IMG/VR virus record: IMGVR_UViG_3300036975_000163 | Span: 1-34,044 of that record | Origin: a virus | Lineage: Duplodnaviria > Caudoviricetes | Reading direction: 5' to 3' (one strand) | Length of the DNA: 34,044 bases | Part shown: in pieces, positions 19,161 through 27,014 of the stretch | How the letters are laid out: each line of letters starts with the position of its first letter | Position numbering within the stretch: position 1 is the first letter of the stretch | The notes under the pieces: model-generated | What the model saw: the letters and a program-made list of their open reading frames with translations, nothing else | What the model was told of the DNA's origin: nothing | The model's database searches: none | Program-made: the position numbers and the translations under genes

Positions 19161-20868
19161 GTCTCCCTACAGATGTCCGTGAGGATATCCCCACCGACGT
19201 CACGTTTCGCTCCCGCAAAACCGATTCAGCCCTCTCGTTCCTCGGTATTGTGTGGTCCCTGTTTTCCCGGCCACCGGTCACCACCTCAGGAGGTGCATGC
19301 CGCCCCACCCCCTCCTGGACAGCCGTATAGACCGCATAGAGAATCGCCTTCATCAGGTCGTTCCTCTTTTTTCCGGTCCCCTTTCCGTCGGTGGTGCCGT
19401 ATCGTTTGAAACACATCTGCAATACCACCTCCGGCGGAATCACAAGCTGCCCCTTCTCCATCATCGAAAGGGCGATGTCGTCTATTTCCCGCCCCCGCTT
19501 CGAGCTGTCAGTGTCGATCCAGTCGATGTTCAAAATCGGCGGCGTCATGTTCGCAAACGCCAAAACAATCCCCCGCCCCGGGTTGATGTCCACGCCTCCC
19601 TGCCTGATCTTCAAAACCTTATACAGCCAGGCGATCCTGTCTGTATACGCATCCAGGGATATCGGCTCCCGGCACTCCTGCCGGGGATCCTCCGGGTTGC
19701 CCCACTCCGAGGCATATCGTAATACCAGCCGAAAGGGATTCTGCTGCATCTCCACGATGGCCAGGGCGCAGGCGTCGCTTTTCTGCCCCCGCTCCATCTT
19801 CCCCTTGTTCGGATCCCCCCCCAGAAACAGGTTTCCGGTTTTCGCCGCCAGCTCTGCGGCGTGTTCCTCGATGTACGCATCGGTCCACAGAAGTTCGTCG
19901 CTATCCAGCACACCCCCCGGCCACCCCTCGATAGCCCGCATGATCAGGCGTGGCGGAAACGTCTGCATCTTCGCGTCCTGGGGGATGCCCATGTACTCCT
20001 CGTTCCACACGTTCCCGAATCCCATTTCTACGAGCCGCCGGTATATCTTCGCCAGCTCCCGCATGTCCCGGTATTGATTTTGGGCCGAATGAAACGTCCT
20101 GACGGCAAAATCCCGGTCAATGCTGTTCTGGTACGCCTGGTTTTCCTTCCCGTTCGGCGTCGAAAAGGCGTGAAACACGCTCATCCCCAGGGAAAGGTAC
20201 GGCTCCACCACCTCCGTGTAGAAATCCTGGTCGACGAAGTATGCGTACTCGTCGGCCAGCACCACCGTCATCCCAACAATGGTTTTTCCCAGCCTTCCGG
20301 ACTGGAAGCTGTAAGGGTTCAGCCCCCGGGCGGCGTCGCTCCCCGCCCGGACGTGATATTCCGTCCCGTTTTTCAAACAGAGCAGCATCCGGCTGTCGTT
20401 GTGCTGATCGATCTCCGCGGCAAACAGCGGCGAGAGGGCAATGAAATTCCTGATATACTGCAAGAGCTGCTTTGCGGTGTCCATGTTGTTCCCGGTCACC
20501 ACGAATCGGATCCCCATGGGGCGCCTTGTCCGAAAGATCGCCATGAACACGTAGGGGAGCACCACTCCCCAGTAGGCCCACTTGAGGGCCCCCAGGTACA
20601 TGCTTTTGCCCACGCCCCGGCCGCACCACTCAAGTTGTCGCCGGGTCCGCCAGTCCAGGAACGACCCCACCTGGTAGTCGTCCCACCGGACGATGCCGTC
20701 GTCGTCTTGTTGAATGTCGCCCTGGAGCTCCACGTCAAAGAACTCCCGGACCCCCACCACCGGCTTCTCGTACAACGAAAAAAGCAGATCGGACTCGATC
20801 TGCTCCATGCGCCGCACGTGTCGCGGTTTATGTTTCAATACGCCGTCAGGCGTCGGGTGCCGGTTCAT
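19141..20868 (-). CDS. terL: Terminase large subunit
   Basis: Walker A GRGVGKS, Walker B VLADEYAY, coupling motif STPNG, WNEEYMG, and nuclease acidic residues GGDP...SDACA...ND. Confidence 0.92.
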   Translation of the reverse strand: MNRHPTPDGVLKHKPRHVRRMEQIESDLLFSLYEKPVVGVREFFDVELQGDIQQDDDGIVRWDDYQVGSFLDWRTRRQLEWCGRGVGKSMYLGALKWAYWGVVLPYVFMAIFRTRRPMGIRFVVTGNNMDTAKQLLQYIRNFIALSPLFAAEIDQHNDSRMLLCLKNGTEYHVRAGSDAARGLNPYSFQSGRLGKTIVGMTVVLADEYAYFVDQDFYTEVVEPYLSLGMSVFHAFSTPNGKENQAYQNSIDRDFAVRTFHSAQNQYRDMRELAKIYRRLVEMGFGNVWNEEYMGIPQDAKMQTFPPRLIMRAIEGWPGGVLDSDELLWTDAYIEEHAAELAAKTGNLFLGGDPNKGKMERGQKSDACALAIVEMQQNPFRLVLRYASEWGNPEDPRQECREPISLDAYTDRIAWLYKVLKIRQGGVDINPGRGIVLAFANMTPPILNIDWIDTDSSKRGREIDDIALSMMEKGQLVIPPEVVLQMCFKRYGTTDGKGTGKKRNDLMKAILYAVYTAVQEGVGRHAPPEVVTGGRENRDHTIPRNERAESVLRERNVTSVGISSRTSVGRHGKNLQ

Positions 20869-21742
20869 GTATCAGGGCCATATCTATCTCGTCCATCATA
20901 TCGTCGTCCGGGATATCCCCAGATTCCTCGGGGATGCCGTAATCCTCCTGGGCCCCCTCAAGCAGCTCCCTCGCGTCGGCAATCAGGCTCGCCGTCGGCA
21001 GCGTCTCGTCCAGTCGCTCGGCCAGGGCCTCCGCAGCCTTGTAAAGCCCCTGGTTGCCGTCGGCCCGGCGCTTCTCGATGGCTTCCGCCGTCAGCCCCAG
21101 GGCCTTCATCAGCTTATCCCGGGAATTTCTGAGATCCTTGAGCTGATCCCACACATTTTTCGGCAATGTCGGCGAGGAACCGTCGGTTCTCCTGATAAGC
21201 TGCCCAGACGGATCGTACAGATACGAATTGATGATCCGGTTGATCTGGGATATCTGCACGTCAATGATCACCAGGTCCATGGCCTGCTTCCGCATTTGAC
21301 CGGACCCGTCCTCGGGCAGATGTTCGTATAATCGAATCAGTTCTCCCCGGGCGACATCAAAATCTTCCTTCCCCACAGAGGACATCAACTGCTGCTCAAG
21401 CTGGTTGGTCAGCCGCACGTCGTCGGCCGGCGTCATGGTGATGCGATCCTTCACGCTCACGGCCGACTTCGGCACCTTCAATCTCTTTCCGGCGAACCGC
21501 TCACACAAAAATATGACCAGGGCCTCCTGCCCCAGGTCAACCAGGCCGACACGAAACCGCTGATACGGCGTGTCCTTCTTCGTACCGAGATTCCAGTTTT
21601 TTGGAAAATAGATGTTTTCCCGGTGCCACGAAACGTCGGCGGCCAGCTTCACCGCCTGCTTCATCAGGGTGGTGTCCCCCTGAAAGTAGTCGCTCAGGGC
21701 CTCTTCAAACTGGGCAAATGTGATATACTGGCTCTCACCCAC
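20846..21742 (-). CDS. Putative terminase small subunit with N-terminal extension
   Basis: Overlaps the terL start. C-terminal KLMKALGLTAEA resembles the P27-type TerS LGLTP motif. Confidence 0.6.
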   Translation of the reverse strand: MGESQYITFAQFEEALSDYFQGDTTLMKQAVKLAADVSWHRENIYFPKNWNLGTKKDTPYQRFRVGLVDLGQEALVIFLCERFAGKRLKVPKSAVSVKDRITMTPADDVRLTNQLEQQLMSSVGKEDFDVARGELIRLYEHLPEDGSGQMRKQAMDLVIIDVQISQINRIINSYLYDPSGQLIRRTDGSSPTLPKNVWDQLKDLRNSRDKLMKALGLTAEAIEKRRADGNQGLYKAAEALAERLDETLPTASLIADARELLEGAQEDYGIPEESGDIPDDDMMDEIDMALIHEPAPDA

Positions 21743-22286
21743 CGGCGCCCTCTACTTGGTTGAATCGTCGCCATTCCCGGTCAAACTCAACGCGGTCCGC
21801 AAAAGGAAGCTTCGTGTATTTATCGAAAAGCTTCATGCCCCGGGAGCGAGGCTCAACCTGGTTTCCATCCTTGTCCTTCTTGTATCCGGCAAATTCCAGC
21901 TCGTCCCCCAGGTCCCCGATGGCCAGCTCTCTCGCCAGTGCAAGCAGAGCCTTAATGTTCTCCGGGGTCGCCAGGGTCATGATGACCACCAACTTTGAGT
22001 ACGGAATATCCTGAATATCCTGGAAGCTCAACTTCAACTCCAGGATGAATTTTTCGTGGAGCCCAATGTAGTTATATACAGTTGACTTCTGAAAGGATAT
22101 CTCGGGAGACGCACAGAACTCGGCGAACGAATCATAACCCAGGGCGCGGAACAGCTCACCGTCGCGGATCTCTTTCAAATATGCCCCGATCACGAATACG
22201 TTCCTATTCCGGTTTGTGATCACTTCAAGGAGCGCCCGAAATATCTCATGGGCCTCGTCGGCCCTGTTCGCTACCGCCGCTTCCAT
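21735..22286 (-). CDS. Phage protein, DUF3102-like helical DNA-binding domain
   Basis: IGAYLKEIRD...GYDSFAEFC...STVYNYI...IPYSKL pattern, overlaps both neighbours. Confidence 0.6.
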   Translation of the reverse strand: MEAAVANRADEAHEIFRALLEVITNRNRNVFVIGAYLKEIRDGELFRALGYDSFAEFCASPEISFQKSTVYNYIGLHEKFILELKLSFQDIQDIPYSKLVVIMTLATPENIKALLALARELAIGDLGDELEFAGYKKDKDGNQVEPRSRGMKLFDKYTKLPFADRVEFDREWRRFNQVEGAGG

Positions 22287-22549
22287 CGTTTCTCTTCTTC
22301 ATCAAAAAAAATATTGTATCGCTTCACAAACTGCGAGTGACCGGTCAGATGAATCTCGGTATGATGCACCCGACACAACGGCATGAGGTTTTCAGGCTCG
22401 TCACCGCCACCGGATCCCCTCGACTTCACGTGATGAGCATCCGTTCCGATGGTACACGCACTGTTGTCCACCAGGCACGGAACCCCGTGCAGCCGCTGTA
22501 TGTTTTTTTCGTCGATAACGCGCGTCGGCTTCGGGCATTTCATGGGCAT
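22271..22549 (-). CDS. HNH endonuclease (packaging-associated)
   Basis: PC...C...DAHHVKSRGSGG...NLMPLCRVHHTEIH, located upstream of the terminase genes. Confidence 0.85.
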   Translation of the reverse strand: MPMKCPKPTRVIDEKNIQRLHGVPCLVDNSACTIGTDAHHVKSRGSGGGDEPENLMPLCRVHHTEIHLTGHSQFVKRYNIFFDEEEKRWKRR

Positions 22550-22584
22550 AAAAAAACGGGGAGGCCGTTTTTGACCTCCCCGTT
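22550..22584 (-). terminator. Intrinsic terminator / attenuator in front of the late operon
   Basis: AACGGGGAGG-N10-CCTCCCCGTT with a 7-T run ending directly at the HNH ATG. Confidence 0.8.
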
Positions 22585-22636
22585 ACACACGTGGGATGTG
22601 GTTGCTTCTTTGTACGCAATAATCCAGGTACTATGT

Positions 22637-22666
22637 ATTATAAAGACTTTCGCAAACGAAAGTCAA
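22637..22666 (-). promoter_or_regulatory. Sigma70-type late promoter with overlapping palindrome
   Basis: TTGACT-N18-TATAAT with A-tracts upstream. Perfect inverted repeat GACTTTCG-N4-CGAAAGTC at 22645-22664. Confidence 0.75.
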
Positions 22667-22718
22667 GGGTTTTTTTACCTTTTTTGTACTCATTCCGCGT
22701 TTTCGAGCGGTTTTTTTC

Positions 22719-23648
22719 TCAAATATCCTTTCCCTGTTCAATATTCATTATCGCCCTTCCGATTATTTCAACTATTTTCGGAACTACGGCGTTTCCGAGC
22801 GATTTAAGTCTGTCCACCCTTTCGGAAACCCCATCATCCACTCGACAAAGGCGGGCTGCAACTTCAATCCAGTTTTCATTCCATTGACTTGGCCCACCGT
22901 ATAAGTTAAGTCCTTCTGGTTCTGTGATTCGTAATATTTTCCTACCGTCTCTTCGTTGTCGTGAGGCCGTGGCGTGTTTGGTGCCGGAATCAACCCCACC
23001 ACCGTCTGTATGTTCTGCCCCCCCTGTCCGTGTTCGCTCGCTCCCGTATGACAACTCGCATGAGGGGTTGGGGCCATGTGAATTTGATTCCGAAGTCTGC
23101 AATGTGTCGTTCTCCCCTCCTCGGCATACTGCCTCCACCCCCATGCGCTCCCTTCCCGTCCCGCATCCTCGACTGATGGAGTTTGCAACAATCCACACCC
23201 TGTCCCGTCTATGCGGGGCGTTGACGGCGCAAGCTGGAATAACAAACGCTTGCACTTCGTAGCCTTCACCCTCCAGGTCAGAAATACTTTCGTCGAGCCC
23301 CATATTGATGAACCCACCAACATTCTCGCCAATAACCCAATGGGGCTTGAGTTCCTGTATAATTCTAAACATTTCCGGCCAGAGGTGACGGTCATCTTCC
23401 TTGCCTGCTCGCTTCCCGGCAACACTAAATGGCTGGCATGGGAAGCCTCCGCAAATAAGGTCAACTGGTTTGAGGTTATGCTTTCCAACTTCTCTGACAT
23501 CCCTATGCCTCCTCACATCCGGCCAGTGTTTTTCAAGAACCCTGTTGCAAAAATCATCAATCTCCACCTGCCATGCACATTCCATCCCTGCCCGTTCAAG
23601 GCCGAGATCGAAACCACCGATGCCCGCAAACAGGGAACCAAATTTCAT
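22719..23648 (-). CDS. C5 cytosine DNA methyltransferase, alpha polypeptide
   Basis: Motif I LFAGIGG, IV GGFPCQ, VI ENV, VIII HRRDR and X LGNAV are present. No recognisable motif IX. Confidence 0.93.
   Translation of the reverse strand: MKFGSLFAGIGGFDLGLERAGMECAWQVEIDDFCNRVLEKHWPDVRRHRDVREVGKHNLKPVDLICGGFPCQPFSVAGKRAGKEDDRHLWPEMFRIIQELKPHWVIGENVGGFINMGLDESISDLEGEGYEVQAFVIPACAVNAPHRRDRVWIVANSISRGCGTGRERMGVEAVCRGGENDTLQTSESNSHGPNPSCELSYGSERTRTGGAEHTDGGGVDSGTKHATASRQRRDGRKILRITEPEGLNLYGGPSQWNENWIEVAARLCRVDDGVSERVDRLKSLGNAVVPKIVEIIGRAIMNIEQGKDI
22784..23500 (-). CDS. C5 methyltransferase beta polypeptide (overlapping +1 frame)
   Basis: 238 aa wholly inside alpha, with its own AGGAGG SD 7 nt before the ATG. 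C-terminal motif IX-like LQPAFVEWMMGFPKGWT. Confidence 0.8.
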   Translation of the reverse strand: MSEKLESITSNQLTLFAEASHASHLVLPGSEQARKMTVTSGRKCLELYRNSSPIGLLARMLVGSSIWGSTKVFLTWRVKATKCKRLLFQLAPSTPRIDGTGCGLLQTPSVEDAGREGSAWGWRQYAEEGRTTHCRLRNQIHMAPTPHASCHTGASEHGQGGQNIQTVVGLIPAPNTPRPHDNEETVGKYYESQNQKDLTYTVGQVNGMKTGLKLQPAFVEWMMGFPKGWTDLNRSETP

Positions 23649-23651
23649 TTA

Positions 23652-24200
23652 TCACATCACCTCTCCTTCACTTTCAAAAAACAGCCCCCCGTTGATAAAC
23701 TTCACCGCCAGGATCTTCACGCAGCGATCATATATCCGGTTGATCCGGGTCTGGGAAAGCCCTGTGTCGTTCATGATGTCCCCGATGGCGACGTCCTGGT
23801 TCTCCGGAGGGTGCATGAGCATAACAACACGATCACCGGGATGCAACAGACGGGAAACCTCTTTCGTCACCCGGGCGATGAAACAGAGCTTTGCTGTCCG
23901 CTCAATATCCCATTCATAACTCTGCATCTCCAGCCCGCCCGGGAGCATCGCCACGTGTCGCTCGAATTTTCGAAAGTCCTGCATCACACGATGCACCACA
24001 TACTGAGGTTGCGGCAACTCCGTCCAGTTGATGGTTTTCCGCTCACCGTCTTTCAATGCAGACATGAACGGCCCATGGCAAATCACCTCCCGGTCGCTAA
24101 CTCCCAGCAGACTTCTTGCCAATTCCTTTTTTTGGTGTACGTGTATACGGCCCATAAATCGTGAAATACTCCCCGAGATTGATTGCGTCAGCCTCGTCAT
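23652..24200 (-). CDS. Putative late-gene regulator with C-terminal HTH (antiterminator Q-like position)
   Basis: IGDIMNDTGLSQTRINRIYDRCV is HTH-like. Start is uncertain (24200 or 24155). Confidence 0.5.
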   Translation of the reverse strand: MTRLTQSISGSISRFMGRIHVHQKKELARSLLGVSDREVICHGPFMSALKDGERKTINWTELPQPQYVVHRVMQDFRKFERHVAMLPGGLEMQSYEWDIERTAKLCFIARVTKEVSRLLHPGDRVVMLMHPPENQDVAIGDIMNDTGLSQTRINRIYDRCVKILAVKFINGGLFFESEGEVM

Positions 24201-24612
24201 CCCCCAGCCACTCCTTGCCGCTGGTCGTCATCGCCCGGGCTTTCGATAGCTTTTTCCTCTCATCCCGCTTGATGTTCCCCCCGCCCAGCATCTTCGCCTG
24301 CCAGGTCGCCGGAGGAACATCGTTTATTGTGATCTCCTCCCGCCGCAAATTGACAAGCACCTTGAATATCGTCGCAAATGCCGTCAATACGCTCAATGTT
24401 TTCACGTTCACGTGGTAATACTGCGCCTCCACCACCAACACATCCAACAGGGAAAATCCATCAAGCAGGTCTGAACAACACTGCACCGCCTCACTGAAAT
24501 TGGAAAACATCAACACCCCGCTCTTGACATACTTTTTCCGTTCCCAGTGCGACCACCCGATATTCTTCGACGATGGATCAATCGCCAACACCACACCCTC
24601 TGTTATCTGCAA
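24097..24612 (-). CDS. RuvC-like Holliday junction resolvase
   Basis: VLAIDPS...GW, LVVE, PATWQ and DDEADA catalytic acidic motifs. Confidence 0.85.
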   Translation of the reverse strand: MQITEGVVLAIDPSSKNIGWSHWERKKYVKSGVLMFSNFSEAVQCCSDLLDGFSLLDVLVVEAQYYHVNVKTLSVLTAFATIFKVLVNLRREEITINDVPPATWQAKMLGGGNIKRDERKKLSKARAMTTSGKEWLGDDEADAINLGEYFTIYGPYTRTPKKGIGKKSAGS

Positions 24613-24874
24613 AACGATATCTCACATGCTCTTCAATCACTGCTCGTGAACGGGTATCGCGCTTCTGCACCGCATTCCGGGTCAATCCCAGTTTCCGTGC
24701 AATGGATCCCATGCTGTAACCCATGAGGAACAACATGTGTATCCGCCTGCTCTGATCGCTCAACAGCGCCATCCCCTCCCGGTATATGGCCGCCTGTTCG
24801 CGGTTCAGTATTTCCCGCTCCGGATTCCCATCCGAGCCTATTTGGTTGATATCGACCGCCGCTGTCCCATACAT
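24578..24874 (-). CDS. Sigma-70 region 4-like HTH protein
   Basis: NPEREIL...LSDQSRRI...GYSMGSIARKLGLTRNAVQKRDTR, GGAGG SD. Only 98 aa, with no sigma region 2. Confidence 0.75.
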   Translation of the reverse strand: MYGTAAVDINQIGSDGNPEREILNREQAAIYREGMALLSDQSRRIHMLFLMGYSMGSIARKLGLTRNAVQKRDTRSRAVIEEHVRYRFADNRGCGVGD

Positions 24875-24898
24875 GACACACCTCCGCTCCCGCGGTTG

Positions 24899-26146
24899 TT
24901 ACCATAACGTATCCTGTCCCCCGTCATCCCCCTGCCGGTCCTGCTGCTGGTCCTGTTCCTCCTGTTCCCCTTGGTTTCCCTTGTTCGCCAATATATCGTC
25001 AAAAGGAAGATCGTCATCCTTCCTCTGTTGCTCCAGATGCGCCCTGTGCTGCGCCACAATGCCCTTCACGTCCACCCTGCCATCCGAACTCTGGGCGAAT
25101 GCCGCCAGCAGTTCCTCCATGGCGTCCTGCATCAACTCCACGCCTTCTTTGAGGACCTGGCTGTTCAGCTCGTTCTCGATTCGCACCCAGTTGTCCGTAC
25201 CAAAGCACTCCAGGGATATGTGAGCCTTGAAAGCCTTTTCCTTCGCACTGCTCCCCAGGCCGGCCCGCACAAATTCGCCTTTGATGTCCTCAATCAATGC
25301 GTCATGGTCGATTTTTCTCTTTCTCCAGTTCCACTCACCAGCAGTCCTGAAAAGCTCCCGAGAATTCCGGGTGATGTCCACGGCGCAGTGCTCACCACCC
25401 AGGGCCAGATAATCCCAGTGCGGTCCGAAGTCCTGAAATGTCGGGCTCACAAACTCCATGCCGTTGATCTTGTCCGAACGGTCTTTTAAAACGGTACACA
25501 CGTTTTCAATCACACCCGCCCCTCGTTTCCCGTCCTTGTCACGACGCACCGATGTCATCTCAAGCACCAACGACGGCTCATACCCAAACTCTCCCTCTAC
25601 CTTCATCTTTGTCCCAGTCTTTCTCAGCTCCTTCTTTCCGTCCTCGTTTTCTTCAAACGCATACTCATACCCTGCTCGACCGCATACGATCACATGCATC
25701 GGGAAGGTTATGAAGAGATCCACGTATTGCCGCCACCTGGTTTTTATCTGGCTCCAATCATGAAACTCAAGTCTCGATCGACCCTTTTCCTCCATGTAGC
25801 TTTCCATGACGTCCCGCCACACGTGAGAAATCGAGTCGATGATCATCACCTCTGCGCCGGCCTCTTTCGCCACTTTAAACGCCTTGACAAGATCAACAAA
25901 AGCCCGGGACCGAGCAACGACCAACTCGTAGCCCGCATGTTCAAACATCGGCGCCACGAAGTCAGAGCCGTTTTCAGTGTCGAAAAAAGCGCATTTCGCC
26001 TTTTCCCCGGTCAATTTGTAGATAATGTCAAGCAGCCCATTGGCTATAAGCGTTGCAGTATAGGTCTTTCCGGATCCCTGAAAACCCAAGATTCCCACCT
26101 TAGCGTATGCTTGCTGATTCTTCGCAGGGCTAAATAGCTCTCCCAT
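24899..26146 (-). CDS. Sak4-like / AAA_24 P-loop ATPase (recombination)
   Basis: Walker A GFQGSGKT, DTENGS, Walker B IIDSISH and FGYE. Start chosen at MGELF (26146). Confidence 0.85.
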   Translation of the reverse strand: MGELFSPAKNQQAYAKVGILGFQGSGKTYTATLIANGLLDIIYKLTGEKAKCAFFDTENGSDFVAPMFEHAGYELVVARSRAFVDLVKAFKVAKEAGAEVMIIDSISHVWRDVMESYMEEKGRSRLEFHDWSQIKTRWRQYVDLFITFPMHVIVCGRAGYEYAFEENEDGKKELRKTGTKMKVEGEFGYEPSLVLEMTSVRRDKDGKRGAGVIENVCTVLKDRSDKINGMEFVSPTFQDFGPHWDYLALGGEHCAVDITRNSRELFRTAGEWNWRKRKIDHDALIEDIKGEFVRAGLGSSAKEKAFKAHISLECFGTDNWVRIENELNSQVLKEGVELMQDAMEELLAAFAQSSDGRVDVKGIVAQHRAHLEQQRKDDDLPFDDILANKGNQGEQEEQDQQQDRQGDDGGQDTLW

Positions 26147-27014
26147 TGTCATCACCCAAAACCTTATATTTCTTGATTTCCCCGATGTCCCCACCGGAAA
26201 AGCATATTGGTTGATACTCACATCGATAGTATTGACAATTCGATGGATTGCGATAAAATAGTTCGGCGTCCCCCTCCTTTGAGCACGTCCAGATATCTAG
26301 GGCAATGGCATAGAGATCCCTGATTGCCTCCTCAAACGCCCCGTCCCGCCGGTTGAAGAACACCCGTTCCGTAAACTGCTCGCCCTTTTTTGGCTTCTGT
26401 TTCCTGATCATCCGCACATGCACCCGGTCGATGCTATGCTTTGTGTGCTCCTGCATGGCATACATCAGATATGGAATCATCAGATTCAGTTTCAGCCACT
26501 TCTCGTAGTGATCGCCGAACCGTGACCGGATGTCCCATATTATCAGGCGACCTTTCCCGTCCACCTCAAAAAGCAGGTCCGGCGTCACCTTCAAAAACCA
26601 ACCCCGGGACTTCCTGCCGGATTCGACATTCCTAATCGGCACAAGAATTTCGCTGCTTGAATCCAAAAACGTCATTCTCGAACAATCGATCGAATCATAG
26701 CACTGATAACACTCTGCGTATTCCTTCACGATCTGTCGTACCATCGGCTCGGTCTCGGCCAGCCATTCCATGTGTCGATTATCACCACCCAACTTTGCCA
26801 GATCAGCTAAAGCGATGGTAATCCCCCACAAAATCTCCGACAAATCAATCCCCATATGCCATCGATATAAGCACTTCTTCACCACTGATTCCAGCATCTT
26901 GGAATACTTCGGATTCCCACTCGTCAGGCAACAGAAATGCCGATAGTAATAGAGCCGCCGGCAGTTCAGCCAATCACGAATAGCGTCTATTGTCAATACA
27001 AGGGTTTCCATCAA
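26130..27014 (-). CDS. PD-(D/E)XK-fold, Cas4/AddB-like nuclease protein
   Basis: N-terminal Cys (NCRR), PDLL...WDIR and C-terminal CQYYRCEYQPIC. Adjacent to the ATPase gene. Confidence 0.75.
   Translation of the reverse strand: MMETLVLTIDAIRDWLNCRRLYYYRHFCCLTSGNPKYSKMLESVVKKCLYRWHMGIDLSEILWGITIALADLAKLGGDNRHMEWLAETEPMVRQIVKEYAECYQCYDSIDCSRMTFLDSSSEILVPIRNVESGRKSRGWFLKVTPDLLFEVDGKGRLIIWDIRSRFGDHYEKWLKLNLMIPYLMYAMQEHTKHSIDRVHVRMIRKQKPKKGEQFTERVFFNRRDGAFEEAIRDLYAIALDIWTCSKEGDAELFYRNPSNCQYYRCEYQPICFSGGDIGEIKKYKVLGDDNGRAI

Noticed and set aside
3842-21132. Long plus-strand ORFs (e.g. 3842-4966, 14597-15973, 15915-17657, 19861-21132)
   Set aside because: They are antisense shadows of GC-rich minus-strand genes, with no recognisable motifs.
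24578-24874. Complete ECF sigma factor
   Set aside because: Only region 4 is present.
26130-27014. CRISPR-Cas cas4 locus
   Set aside because: There are no other cas genes or arrays, and the context is phage recombination.
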